DNA from: Hypanus sabinus
Taxonomy: Eukaryota
Length of the DNA: 64,000 bases
Assembly: GCF_030144855.1 (NCBI RefSeq)
Contig: NC_082714.1
Coordinates: 94,550,001-94,614,000, forward strand
Reading direction: 5' to 3'
A program made the translations under genes and the position numbers. Each line of letters opens with the position of its first letter. Position 1 is the first letter of the stretch. The notes below the pieces were generated by a model. The model ran no database searches, had not been told where the DNA came from, and worked only from the letters and a program-made list of their open reading frames with translations. Of the stretch, positions 11,301-22,869 are shown piece by piece.

Positions 11301-14110
11301 CTCCTCGAGTTAAAGTAGGTACATCTCAAACCTTCGGTGTCAGTGTGACCCTTCTCTATCACCTGCCTATCCTCCCTCACACGCTGTCTCCTAGCATTCT
11401 CTACTTGAGACCCAGAAGCCTCTTCCCCAGTCTCTTCATTTTGACACCGGAAAACATTTCTATCACATACAAACCTTTGATTTCTGTCCACAAAAGCTGT
11501 CCTCGCATGGCTTTTATTCTCCTGCACGTCACCATCCGCTCTAACACTCTGGTTTCACTTCCCATCATTATCTTTTTTAAAGCCCCCGGATCTGCACTAG
11601 CTAACCTACCGGCAATGATGTTAGTTCCCTTCCAGTTCAGGTGCAAACCATACCGTCGGTAGAGGTGCAAACCGTACCGTCGGTACAGGTCCCACGTTCC
11701 GTGGAAAGAAGCCCAATTGTCCAGAGGAATGAAGCCCTCACTCCTGTACCATCTCCTTAGCCACATATTTAGTTGCATTTTCCTCCTATTTCTAGCCTCA
11801 CTAGCATGTGATACGGGGAGTAATCCTGTGACTGCAACCCTGGAGGTCCTGTCCTTCAACGTTACATCTAACTCATAAATTCTCTTTGCAGGACCTCCTC
11901 GTTGTTCCTATCAACGTCATTGGTCCCTACATGGACCACGTCAGCTGGTTGCTCACCCTCCGTTCTGAGAAAACCGAGGACTCGATCTGAGATATCGGGG
12001 ACTCTGGCACAAAGGATGCAACAAACCATCCAAGGTTCACGATCTCTCCCACAGAACCTCTTATGTGTCACCCTAAATATCGAATCTCCTATTACTACTG
12101 CTCTCCTCGTTTCCCTCTTTCGCTTCTGAACTAAGGGTCCAGTCTCGGTGCCAGAGACGCGACCACTACAACTTGTCCCGTGTAGGTCGCCCCACTAACA
12201 GTATCCAAAATTGTATACTTATTGTTGATGAGTACGGCCACAAGGGTGCTCTGCTCTTCCTGTCTATACCCCTTCCCTCTCCTGACAGTCACCCAGTTAC
12301 CTGTTTCCTGACTTTTAGGGGTGACTATCTCCCTGAAACTCCTGTCTATTTCTGCCTCTGCCTCACGATTGATCCGAAGTTCACCTAGCTCCAGCTCCAG
12401 TTCTCTACCTCGGTTTGCCAAGAGCTGCAGCTGGATGCACCTTTTACAGGTGTAGTCATCAGGGACAATTGTGCAGTCCCTGACTTCCCACATCCTGCAT
12501 ATTGAGTACTCGACTGCTCTTACTGCTGCCTCCATTACCTACTCATAAGTTAATTAAATTAATTAAAGGGACTTACCCGGCCTTATCTGACTTGGAGAAC
12601 GCACATCTTCAGCCTCTGCTCGCCGAAGCCTCTCTAGCCAAAGCCTCAAAGATCTACTCCTACCCTGAGTTACTCACACCACTGGCCGTTCTTTTTAAAT
12701 TACCTGTCCTTTGTTATCTTACGAGCCCTTCGGTCCTCCTCTTCCTGCTGCTACGAATTCTTGATCACATTGTCCCGAGTACCAGCTGCGCGCGCCTTTT
12801 TAAAGCATGCTCACTTCAGCTGCTTCCCAGGACTCAGCACTCTCAGGAGTCCTTCGCCCCTCCTCTTCCTGCTGCAACGGTTTTTCGATCACACTTGATT
12901 GCTTGAAGACTTGGACTCCACAGCAGTCTGTGACAATGAATTCCACAGATTCACCATTCTTTGACGAACTAAGTTCCTTCTAACATCTGTTCTGAATGGA
13001 CGCCCCTTTGTTCTGAGACTGCAGCCTCGTGATCTGGACTGACCCTCCACCGGAAACTTTATCTCCTTCTCCAGTCTATCGATGTAATTCAACATCGGTT
13101 AGGTCTACTTACTTCAGCCCTGATGCTTCTAATTTGCACTTCCATCAAAGGCTCAAGACGTTTAATCCTAGAAACTCCGAACTACTTTCACTACTCGAAC
13201 TGAGGCCTTACCAGTATTTTCTAAAGCCACGCTATTGTATCCTTGCTTTTATATTATGCTCCTTGTGAAATGTGTGCAAACTTCATATTTGTCTTCATCA
13301 CCACCGCCTCAAACTGTATGAAACCTTTATGAAATTCTGCAGAAGGAATCCTAAATCCCTTTGCATTTCAGATTTTTGAATTTACTCTCCATATAGAAAA
13401 TAGTTCACACTTATATTTCATCCACCAAACTGCATAACCATACACATCTGAACTTTGTCTTACATCTGTCACTTATTTGCCAATTCTCCCACTGTCCAAG
13501 TCCCTTTGAAGCCTTTCTACTTCCTCAACAATATCTAGCCCTCCATCTATCTTCCAATCCTTCGCAAACTCTGCATCAAATCTACCGATTCGATCATCCA
13601 AATCATGGATTTATAACGTTCAAATGAGCCGGCCGCAACACCAGCTCTGTGGAACACCACTCGTCATAGGCAGCAAAACTGAGAAGGCTACTTTTATTTC
13701 CATTATTTACATCCTGCCAACTTGCTTAGCTGTGTTGGTATCTTTCCTGTAATATCATATGCTCGTGGCTTGTTAAACAGCGGCATGTCCGGCACCTTGT
13801 AAAAGGCCTTCTGAAAATAGAAGTGCACAATATTTTCCGATTCTCCTCACTTACCCCATTTCTACAAAGGCTACCAACATATTCGTCCGGCAAGGATCTC
13901 CGTTGATGACAACAGCCTATTTCATAATGTGCCTCCAAGTACTCCAAAATCACATCCTTAATAATCGATTCCAACACTGTCCAACACTAAGATCAGACGA
14001 ACTGACCTATTATTTCCTTTCTTTTCTTTTGCCTCTCTCTCTTTTTGAAGATATAGCGCGTGAAGTAATTAAATGTCATGGGCTGGTAGTCACATCCCTT
14101 CCTGTCGAAC
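8346..14110 (-). mobile_element. Older CR1 LINE (8346-8512 and 12896-14110) interrupted by a younger CR1
   Basis: Sequence left of 8512 (..CCTGTCAATCT..TTAAGTATA) continues into that right of 12896 (..GACTTGGACTCCACAGC..) as one CR1 3'-region. RT remnants occur at 12889-13095 and 13726-13977. Confidence 0.65.
8513..12895 (-). mobile_element. Near full-length decayed CR1 LINE (ORF1 zinc finger/SGNH esterase + ORF2 APE endonuclease/RT)
   Basis: ORF1 remnants MEAAVRAVEYSICRMWEV..YTCKRC and VVHVGTND; ORF2 remnants CTYFNSRS..IETW, YRPPN, VVTGDFN, GVPPGPLLGP..FINDLD and FADETK. Short-repeat 3' tail near 8515. Many stops and frameshifts. Confidence 0.9.
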
Positions 14111-15282
14111 GGGGCCATTGCTAACACTAAGGTAAAAAGTCTGATCTTTACTCCTACCAGCTTTATTTGATTATTTTAGTCGTCTAATTGCATGCCTCAG
14201 AATCTTAAAGATTAAAATAATGTGCATGTGTTGCAACTGTTCATATGAACGGTCTCGGGCCCTGAATGGAGATTGCTCTACATAGATGCTGCCTGGCTCG
14301 TCGAGTTTCTCCAGCTCTTTCTGCAGTCCACTGAGTCAGCAGTGTAATTATTGCTTAATATCCGTAATTCCCATCTCATGATACGCAAAATTGTCTCTGC
14401 CTAGAGGAGCACTTGCGATGCACTACACTGCGGTCACTGACCTCCAGTCGTAACCATTTTGCGCACTGACAACAATGTCAGAAAATAAATAAATAACATT
14501 CTACACAAGTCCTCGTTCCTGAGGCTTTTGGGGGGGGGGGGGAACAGTCAATTAGGAGTTACTCTGTTCAGCGGCAAAATTTAATCTCTAGCAAGCAAAG
14601 CAGCGGCATTTTTCTACAGGTATTCCCCAAGCTCAAATATGACCCTGTGTATTGACAATGTAATCTTCGTCAATATGGCATAATCTTACGAAGGATAGGT
14701 GGGAATTTGATGTGACCTTGAGCGGTATTGTTCTCATGACGTGTTCTGAGCATGGACAAAATGTCACCATATGCCGATGAAATGCCCAGAATCAGTTAGC
14801 CTGGGTATTCACCAAAGTTCTACAAGACTGGATATGTGACCCAACTGAAGATAAAACATTTTTGAAATTAAGAGTTAAGAATTTGTCAGCATGGTGGCCA
14901 TTCAAAGATTCCAAAGGACTGCAAGTGATCTCCACCTCCATGCTTTCCCCCTTCCTCTCATTAACATCCCCCATAAACGGACCCCAATACTCCGATTTGC
15001 AGACGCTGGAACCAGAGCAGTTCCTGGGTTGTGCAGAACAGTGCAAGACTCGGTCGGAATTGTTGGGCGCTCACTGTATACATCTGTCGGCGGGAAAGTC
15101 TCCTGTGATGCATCTCCTGTGTGCTTTGCTGATCCATTTACCTGCTCAGCGTGGGTTTGGTTCACGCGTGAACTATCCGTTAAAATTGCGATTCCTTCTG
15201 ATTGTTTTTGTTTATGCTTAGAGATTGACGAGCTTCCCTTTGGCTCAAAGACACCCTGTGGTTTTATTATGCTCTATTGCAT

Positions 15283-15635
15283 GCATCCAGGCGGCCCTTG
15301 TCTTCAGGCAGACCCCAGTATCCGGACTATATCCGCGGGACAATCCGTCTGCATAAAATGCCGGATTCAGAACGGTAATGTTGAAAGATACCACGTGAAC
15401 TGGTACCGACAGCGTCCCGGGGAGAGACCGGTGTGGGTACTAGAACATCAGACGGGAAATGTTAGGTACCCAGGGAAAGTGATCGCAAGCCGTTTTCAGC
15501 CGTCGAGAGACACCTCCAGCAACAGTCACATCCTAACCATCAGCAGTTGGGCGCCCCGAGATTCCCCCGTATATTACTGTGCAGCTTAGGATAATGGAGT
15601 TATCTTTGCTCCAGGCACTAGCCTCTATACAAAGA
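15283..15635 (+). pseudogene. Germline-joined VJ exon
   Basis: C-RIQNGNVERYHVN-W-YRQRPGERP..RFQPSRDTSSNSHILTI..DSPVYYC-AA*DNGVI-FAPGTSLYTK, followed directly by GTAAGT (15636). No RSS or spacer lies between V and J. QNGxV/WYRQRPGE/RFQPSRDTSSNSHILTI match type I (NS5) V sequences as I recall them. Confidence 0.9.
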
Positions 15636-17043
15636 GTAAGTTCCTCCCTCATTCTAGTTCAAAAAATATTCCTATTATATTCCTCAGCTGGGTAAATTGC
15701 AGTCCAGGAAATGTTAGCCATATCTTTACAAGGTGGGAGGCTTGATCATTCTCAGTTTAGCAGAGGATGGCGCCATAGCTCACCGAGTTAGCCTGAGCAA
15801 TCAAATGAATGATAACTTTACTTGGGAATACATATTTCTTGGACACTTTCGATCTACCTCAGTCGTTGAAACAGAATTGAATATCTTCCGAAGTCCCCCC
15901 TCTTTAACACAACGAGACGTCTATTACTTATTATTGGGCTTGGTGAATAATAATAAGAATTATTATTGTTATTATTACTGTATTGCCACTTTCCACAAGA
16001 TATAGCATAAAGCTTGCCATGCATTCTGTCCATACATATCAAGTTTTAACAGTGCATCGTAGGTACCCTCTTCAACCCAGACAGCACCTATCATGCACCC
16101 ACCACTATGTATAATAATGGAAATATACCGATTATCTTCTTTACATTATTTCATTCTCGGCTTAGAAAATAAAATATTTACTGTTGATCCTATCGCTGCT
16201 ACGCATACTACCTTGCATAATATTCATGCACAATCTGCAGGAGGATTTTCGCAGAACAAGAAAGACACCCACCCTTCTCTCTTCATTCATCACCATTGAG
16301 AATGTGTTTGGGGTGAATGTTCCAAAATAAATCCTGTACCGCTATATAGGTTATTCACTACTTCAAGTTAACATAATTCGCAGTGTGTAATTCAGACCTG
16401 CGTTTTTACGATCGCAGAAAGCACAAGAGTTAAAATAACAGTTTTTAAAAAATAATGCACATATGAGTAAAGCACCGAGCAGAAGACCGGCTGGTAAGAA
16501 TCGAGCGGGAACAAACGGGAACGGAGTTTTGGAGCTTTCCCGAAAGCTGGACATCCAAAGGAGCCTTAGCTCAATCAGCCACTGAAGGTGTAATGTGTTC
16601 ACAGTTATTTTTGGAAGATTTTCAATATATTGGGGTTTATTAGAGAACGGCAAGGAACTGGTCTCAATAGAGCGACCAATACCCATGGGCGCGGTATGGG
16701 GAATTAGACAGGAGACTGAGCAGTATTGTAGATATCTTTACACACTGCTGGTTGCGTCGAGAATTCAGTGCTGGGGGGAGAGTGGATTCCAAAGCATTTT
16801 TAAAATAGATTATGTCGCACTGTAGCCGCTCATGTTTGCGAACACAGAACTGGGAGGTGGCAATAATCCTGGCAATCCTTCATTTGAAGGTTCGAGCCCA
16901 AGGAAGCGAATGGCGTATTCTGTGCACCACAATTGGTCCAGAGTTTGAATTAAATTATATTAATTTCTCCAACGGTGGTTCTACCTGCAGACAGTGCATA
17001 AATTAACGTGTCTATTCCTTTCCGTCTCCTCTTTCACACACAG

Positions 17044-17150
17044 GTAGCGAGTCCCGGTAGCCGTTGGTTCTCCTGTTCCCTCCATCTCCGCCAGATACCA
17101 GCTCGGGTACGGCCACTCTATCGTGCCTGGCGAGAGGTTTTAACCCCGGA
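17044..17150 (+). pseudogene. IgL constant exon, 5' part
   Basis: Polypyrimidine tract plus CACAG acceptor, phase 1 matching the J donor. Reads SESR*PLVLLFPPSPPDTSSGTATLSCLARGFNPG, like the recalled type I C start SEDRKPSVLLLPPS..SGWATLSCLV. Confidence 0.88.
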
Positions 17151-17179
17151 AACCTGTACATATTCTACATATTCATAGT

Positions 17180-18582
17180 CACGGGGTCCTGACACAATAT
17201 TCCCTAGGATCCTGAGGGAAGTTAGAGTAGAAATAGCAGGTGCTCAGACAGAATTATTTCAAATGTCATTAGAAACGTGGATAGTGCCGGAGGATTGGCG
17301 TATTGCTCATGTGGTTCCATTGTTTAAAAAGGGCTCTAAGAGTAAACATAGCAATTATCGGCCTGTAAGTTTGACGTCAGTGGTGGGCAAATTATTGGAA
17401 AGTATTCTCAGAGATGGTATATATAATTATCTGGATAGACAGGGCCTGATTAGGAAGAGTCAACGTGGATTTGGGCGTGGAACGTCAAGTTTGACAAATA
17501 TTCTTGTATTTTTTTGAAGAGGTTCCTGTGAAAGTTGACGAGGGTAAAGCAGTGGATGTTGTCTATATGGACTTCAGTAAGGCCTTTGACAAGATTACAC
17601 ACGGAAGGTTATTTAGGAAGGTTCAGTCGTTAGGTATTAATAGTGAAGTAGTAAAATGGGTTCAACAGAGGCTGGATGGGAGATGCCAGGGAGTAGTGGT
17701 GGATAACTGTTTCTCATGTTGGAGGCAGGTGACTAGTGCTGTGCCTCAGGGATCTGTACTGGGTCCAATGTTGTTTCTCATAAACATTAATGATCTGTAT
17801 GATGGGGTGGTAAATTGCATTAGTAAGTATGCAAATACATAAGATTGCTGGCGTTGCGGATAATAAAGTAGGTTTTCAAAACATGCAGAGAGACCAGATA
17901 GAAGAGTGGGCTGATGGTCTTTAATGCTGATAAGTGTGAAGTGCTACATTTTGGCAGGACTAATCAAAATAGGACATACATGGTAAATGGTAGGGCATTT
18001 GGGAATGCATTAGAGCAGAGTTATCTAAGAAAAATGGTAAATAGTTTCCTGAAGGTAGAATCTCATGTGGATAGGGTGGTGAAGAAACTTTTTGGTATGC
18101 TGGCCTTTATAAATTAGAGTATTGAGCATAGGAGTTGGGATGTAGTGTTAAAATTGTACAAGGCATTGGTGAGGCCAAATTTGGGGTATTGTGTACAGTT
18201 CTGATTACCGAATTATAGGAAAGATGTCAAAAAAACAGAGAGAGTACAAAAGATAAATACTAGAATGTTATCTGGGTTTCAGCACCGAACTGACAGAGAA
18301 AGGTTGAACAAGTTAGGTGTTTATTCTTCGGATCGTAGAAGGTTGAGGGAGTCTTGGTGGAGAGTGGTAGCTGTGTGGAACTAGCTTCCAGTAGCCGTGG
18401 AAGAGGCGGGTTCGATATTGCTATGTTAAAAAGAATTGGATAGGTATATGGACAGAAAAGGAATGGAGGGTTACGGGCTAAGTGCAGGTCGGTGGAACTT
18501 GGTGAGAGTAAGCGTTCGGCACGGACTAGAAAGGCCGAGATGGCCGGTTTCCGTGCTGTAATTGTTATATGGTTATAATGTT
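17180..18582 (+). mobile_element. 5'-truncated CR1 LINE inserted in the IgL C exon
   Basis: RT peptides WRIAHVVPLFKKG, YMDFSKAFDK and VPQGSVLGP; CR1 3' tail ends near 18580. Confidence 0.9.
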
Positions 18583-18589
18583 TCAGAGA

Positions 18590-18835
18590 TCTAAAATCCA
18601 ATTCAATACATACGGGTCAGATCTGACCCGGAATAGCCTCAATGAACAAAAATTTGTGGCACCTTTACAAAAGAATAAAAATTTGAAATCTTTTCATTGT
18701 TACGCATTTTAGGTCACCTTAGGAAAAGTCATTAAATTTCGGCTAAAATGGCATTTGGTGTGTTCTTACTGCTGTCAAATGACAAAACGAGTCGAATTTT
18801 AACCGATCAGTATGTAAGGGTTTAGTCGGACTTGG
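18590..18835. mobile_element. Possible DNA-transposon (piggyBac-like) terminal fragment
   Basis: Perfect 18-bp palindrome CGGGTCAGATCTGACCCG at 18613-18630 near the fragment end, a motif I associate with piggyBac subtermini. No convincing transposase or matched TIR. Confidence 0.3.
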
Positions 18836-18837
18836 TA

Positions 18838-18979
18838 GAGCTGCGATGATCTTCAGGCTGAACAGTTACCTGCGGCTACCGGCCGCTACCTGGAACAAGG
18901 GCTCGAGCTATTCCTATTATCGAGCTCACTCAGCTCGCCGCTGCGGTAATCCATCTCCTCCTCCGCCTGTGCACACTGA
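18838..18979 (+). pseudogene. IgL constant exon, 3' part
   Basis: Reads FRLNSYLRLPAATWNKGSSYSY, then after a short frameshifting deletion SLSSPLR*SISSSACAH* (TGA 18977-18979). Resembles the recalled type I C end YSLSSYLRVPATAWNKGSSYTC..SLSSPLLKTISSTAC. Confidence 0.85.
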
Positions 18980-19738
18980 GATTACTTCAGTTGGCAGCAC
19001 ACGCATGTTGTTTGCTTATATTTAATGCAATGAGCAATCATTGGGACTGCGTGGATGTCCTCTCCAATGTAATTGTGTAGCAATGACTGCCAACGGGAAC
19101 AATCAATTTGCTTAATAATTTCGGAAATGAGCTCGATAATTATCTGTCTTTTGCCACCATTAATTCTATATATAATTTTCCCAACTGCGGTGCTTGAATT
19201 TCTATTCTGTGCAGTATCGAGAGGGATCTCCCTGCCGAGCTGATCGTGTTGTGAGTAAATCTCCTGTGACACAGCCTTTAATAACGAGAAAAGAGCGGCA
19301 GACTTATCATGGTCTGCCATTACTCGGCTGCTTGCAGAACTTTGGGGGATTTGGTAGCCTATAATATGCTATCTTGGAGCTTCCATCACAATTGCAGTCA
19401 AATCCACTCAAATAGCTTATTTCCCTTTTCCATTCTCTGTCTCCTACGTGGGCCACCTCCGTCGTTGCACATATACTGCAACACAGGGACCTTATTTCTT
19501 CGTCGTCCGGCACCGCTACTCTTCATTTCTAACAGTAATGAAGGGTAGAAGATTAATACTCTTACTGTCCTCCGACCAAATTCTTACCACGAATGGAAGT
19601 GTTACACTGTAAGAATTCTTGTCAGTCACTTGGTCTTTCTCTCGGACAGAGGTTATCGATTCCCTTAGTTCGTCCACAAACACCAACTGTCGTTTTGCCC
19701 ACTCCAGTAACACCCCACGAACACCATTACGTTGCCCC

Positions 19739-19744
<6 letters not shown>

Positions 19745-19802
<58 letters not shown>

Positions 19803-19803
19803 C
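19745..19803. repeat. (CA)n microsatellite
   Basis: About 29 CA units with one interruption. Confidence 0.95.
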
Positions 19804-21513
19804 CCCTTTCACTGAAAATCGACACATTAGCTTCTGTAACTTATCACTATATTCAATGTTTGCTACCAAAGTACGTAGACATCATCATATTCATTCTCTT
19901 ACTGCTATTCACATTAGAAGACATAAATACAATAGAATCAATGAAAAGCTACGCCAAGACAAAAACTGACCTGTGCTAAAATGCGATAGACGGCAAATAA
20001 GTAAAAAAAAAGAGAGAGAGAAACAGACAGATAAATAAATACATATTAAGTAATCAGATAAACCAATTAAATCCAATCACTCAACGTAAATAAATAAATA
20101 ATGTGTTCAGGGGTTAAATGGATAAACTGAAATGTATAACTGAAGGCATGACTTGTAGTCTCTTTGAAAATGAATCTATAGACCGTGTGATGAGTTCAGA
20201 GAGGTGATGAGTAAAGTCATCCACTTTCATTTAGGAATGGATGTATTTGTACATGGAAGACAGTTCCCTTTACCGTGTACCAATTGTAAGATGACTACAA
20301 AGTCCAGTATAGACTTGTTAAAGTTAAGTCTTGCTTGATCACTAGGGTGGGCTTTATAGAGTCTGTGACTAACAATACGGTCTGCGGGTTTTAGTTCCAC
20401 AGGCTCACAGAGAATTCAGTAACATTTCACAAAAATATATTTATGGGTGTGTATGACCCGCGAGTACTTATTCGAGCTGTTTGAAAGTTGGAACCCCTAA
20501 GAGCAGGAATGAAGGGGCAGTAGATCGGGTACAGTGGTACTCCTCAATGATCTTCAAAATTCCCAAAGAAATGCCGAAAGAAATTCCCAAAGCTGTTGTC
20601 AGAGGATCGCGACGATATACGTCGCCAAATCCCTCGGGAAGGCAACACAGAGGTGTACATCCACGTTTATAAATAAATATTTTGAAGGAAAGAATGATCA
20701 AAACAGAGACGCGGTGATTGTAAATTGATTGACGTAGGACAGGTAAGTTTCACTATAGAGGACTGAGCGACAATCCCAGATAAATCCAATCCCTCTGTAA
20801 CGTTTGCGATCATGGCATATATTTGGCACCACCATGTTGATCTGGAAACAAACCGTTTTGCAGATGCTGGAAGTCCAGAGCAACAAATACACAATGCTGG
20901 AGAAACTCAGGAGCCAGGCAACGTCTATAGAAAAGAATAATCAGCTGGTGCTTTGTCGAGACTCGACATCAGGATTGGTGAAGGTTCTTTGCCAGAAACG
21001 TTTAATTTCGCGCCATAGATACTGCGTGACTTTTTTTTTATTTCGTGCAGCACTGCGAAATCTCCCTTCGTCGTTAATGAGATTTCTGTGTTGGTTAGAT
21101 GGTTTTAACCTGTACCTGGATTTTCACTGATGATTAGTGAGCATATTAATTATTCTACATCTGTTTTATATAAAGAAACTTGCGCGGTATTAGAGAAATT
21201 AAATCCTGTCCATAAAATAGAAATCACACAGAAAACATGACATATGATCCCTCTGCTGCTTAATTGGAACGAGTAAGATCGTTAACGGTTTAAAACGTCT
21301 TTCTAAGTATTAGGACAGTTCTGCACATTTTAAAACAATAAAAACAGTATCGCCAATGAACATAAATAAAATACATCAAACATTAAAAGATTAGCTTTAT
21401 TTATTAAACTTTGAAAGAAACAGACAGTGCAATGCGTTGTTCGCGTCAAATCAAATCAGCGAGTTTGTGCTAGGAGCAGACAGCAAGCGACGGTACGCTT
21501 TTGGCACTCTCAT

Positions 21514-21670
21514 CTATCTGTCTATCTATCTATCTATCTCTCTATCTGTCTGTCTATCTAGTTGGCTGGCTAGCTATCTATCTATTTCTCTGTTTGTCTA
21601 TCTACCTCGCTATCTATCCATTAATTTATTCAGTTACTTAGTTACTTGCTTACTTATTTATCTCTCTTTG
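21514..21670. repeat. Degenerate (TCTA)n tract
   Basis: Interrupted TCTA/TCTG/TTTA repeats; positionally paralogous to 52426-52530. Confidence 0.8.
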
Positions 21671-22869
21671 TATTTAATCAGAGATTCAGTGTGCAATAGG
21701 CCCTTCCGGCCTAACGAGCTACGGCGTCCAGTGACCCATGGATTCGACCCTACCCTTATCACAGGAGAACATATTGTAACCCACTAACCGGAGCGTATTT
21801 AGGAAATGGAATGAAATCAGTGAACCCGGAAGGAGCCGCACCTGATACTAACCAGCTTGCAGGAATCGTGGGCAATTTGGAGATTTCGTGGACTGTTGGC
21901 CTTTATTAAACAGCGTATGAAATACACACCAAGGGAAGACTTATTGCACATTAATAGGAGACTATTGGGAACACAGACTATGGTTCTAGCGTCTGCATTA
22001 ATGGAAGAATGTACTCGCAATAGAGGCACAATAACCATATTTTGCATTTTTAGTTCTTGGAATGAAGCAAGCGACTGTGCCAGAGATATTGGGCAGGTTC
22101 GCCACTAACGACACGATGAATCCCAATTGTTCTCTAAGTTTTAAGGAGCTGTTTTGGCAATTTCTCTTGGTTTTATTTCCTTTACACGTCAACATACGGG
22201 AGCCACTCAGCAGCTCACGAACTAAAAACCCCGATCAACAACACTGGGAAATGTGCCTCTCGTCCAAATACAAATGCTCAGACACAGGGCTGTTTTAAAG
22301 GTCTGGCAGGGGAACTTAATAGTATAACACACAGAAACGTGTGGACCATTCGGCCCTTTCCCCACTCCACCATTCATTGTGATCACGGTGGATCTCTATT
22401 CTCAGTTTCTGCACTGACGCCTAACCCACGAATACCTTAAACATCTGAACCTATCTCAGTCTCTGTCAGATAGACTGACGTCGTCTTCACAAACTTCAAC
22501 GTCAGTTGATTATTATGGTACGTATATGTCACCACATACAGCCTTGAGATTGTTTGCTTGCAAACATCACAATAGTACAGAGAAATACAACCGAGTCAAA
22601 AAAACTAGACATAAACCCATTGATATACAACCAATGTTGAAACGACGAGAAACTGTGCAAATGAATAGGTAGAAAGATAAATCATTGTGAGTATATCAGG
22701 TAAGGTATCCTTGAAAATAAGCTCATAGATTGTGGGATCAGTTCATATTTGAAGTCAGTGTAGTTATCCACGCTATTCGCGAGCCTGATGGTTGAAAGGA
22801 AGACTCCGAAAAAGTTAATATACACGTCGGGTCAGTGCAAAAGACGCAAGTACATTGGTGGCATTAATT

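Larger units (their letters stand above)
15108..18979 (+). pseudogene. IgL sigma-2 (NS5-like): Immunoglobulin light chain type I (sigma-2/sigma-cart, NS5-like) L-VJ-C cluster, germline-joined, pseudogene
   Basis: Leader MHLLCALLIHLP(G), fused VJ exon and split C exon, listed below. Lesions: donor GT>CT (15145), acceptor AG>AT (15281-15282), 1-nt deletion near 15327, TAG in CDR3 (15587), TAG in C (17058), LINE insertion, frameshift and TAA near the C end. Confidence 0.9.

Noticed and set aside
14891-15589. 232-aa ORF as a real protein
   Set aside because: The N-terminal ~135 aa are promoter, leader and intron read in frame; only the C-terminal part is the V domain.
17829-17836. ATGCAAAT octamer near the C exon as an Ig enhancer
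   Set aside because: It falls inside CR1 RT coding sequence (decayed KYAD motif), so it is coincidental.
18982-19320. 112-aa minus-strand ORF vaguely resembling a death-effector domain (ELISEIIKQIDCSRWQSLLHNY)
   Set aside because: It lies antisense to the immediate 3' flank of the IgL C exon, has no splice context, and the similarity is only impressionistic. A Pfam DED search would settle it.
19516-19979. HT/CV dipeptide-repeat ORFs
   Set aside because: Translations of the (CA)n microsatellite.
18590-20117. A complete piggyBac element from the palindrome to GGGTTAA at 20117
   Set aside because: The interval contains the 3' half of the Ig C exon, TIR matching is poor, and transposase motif spacing does not fit.
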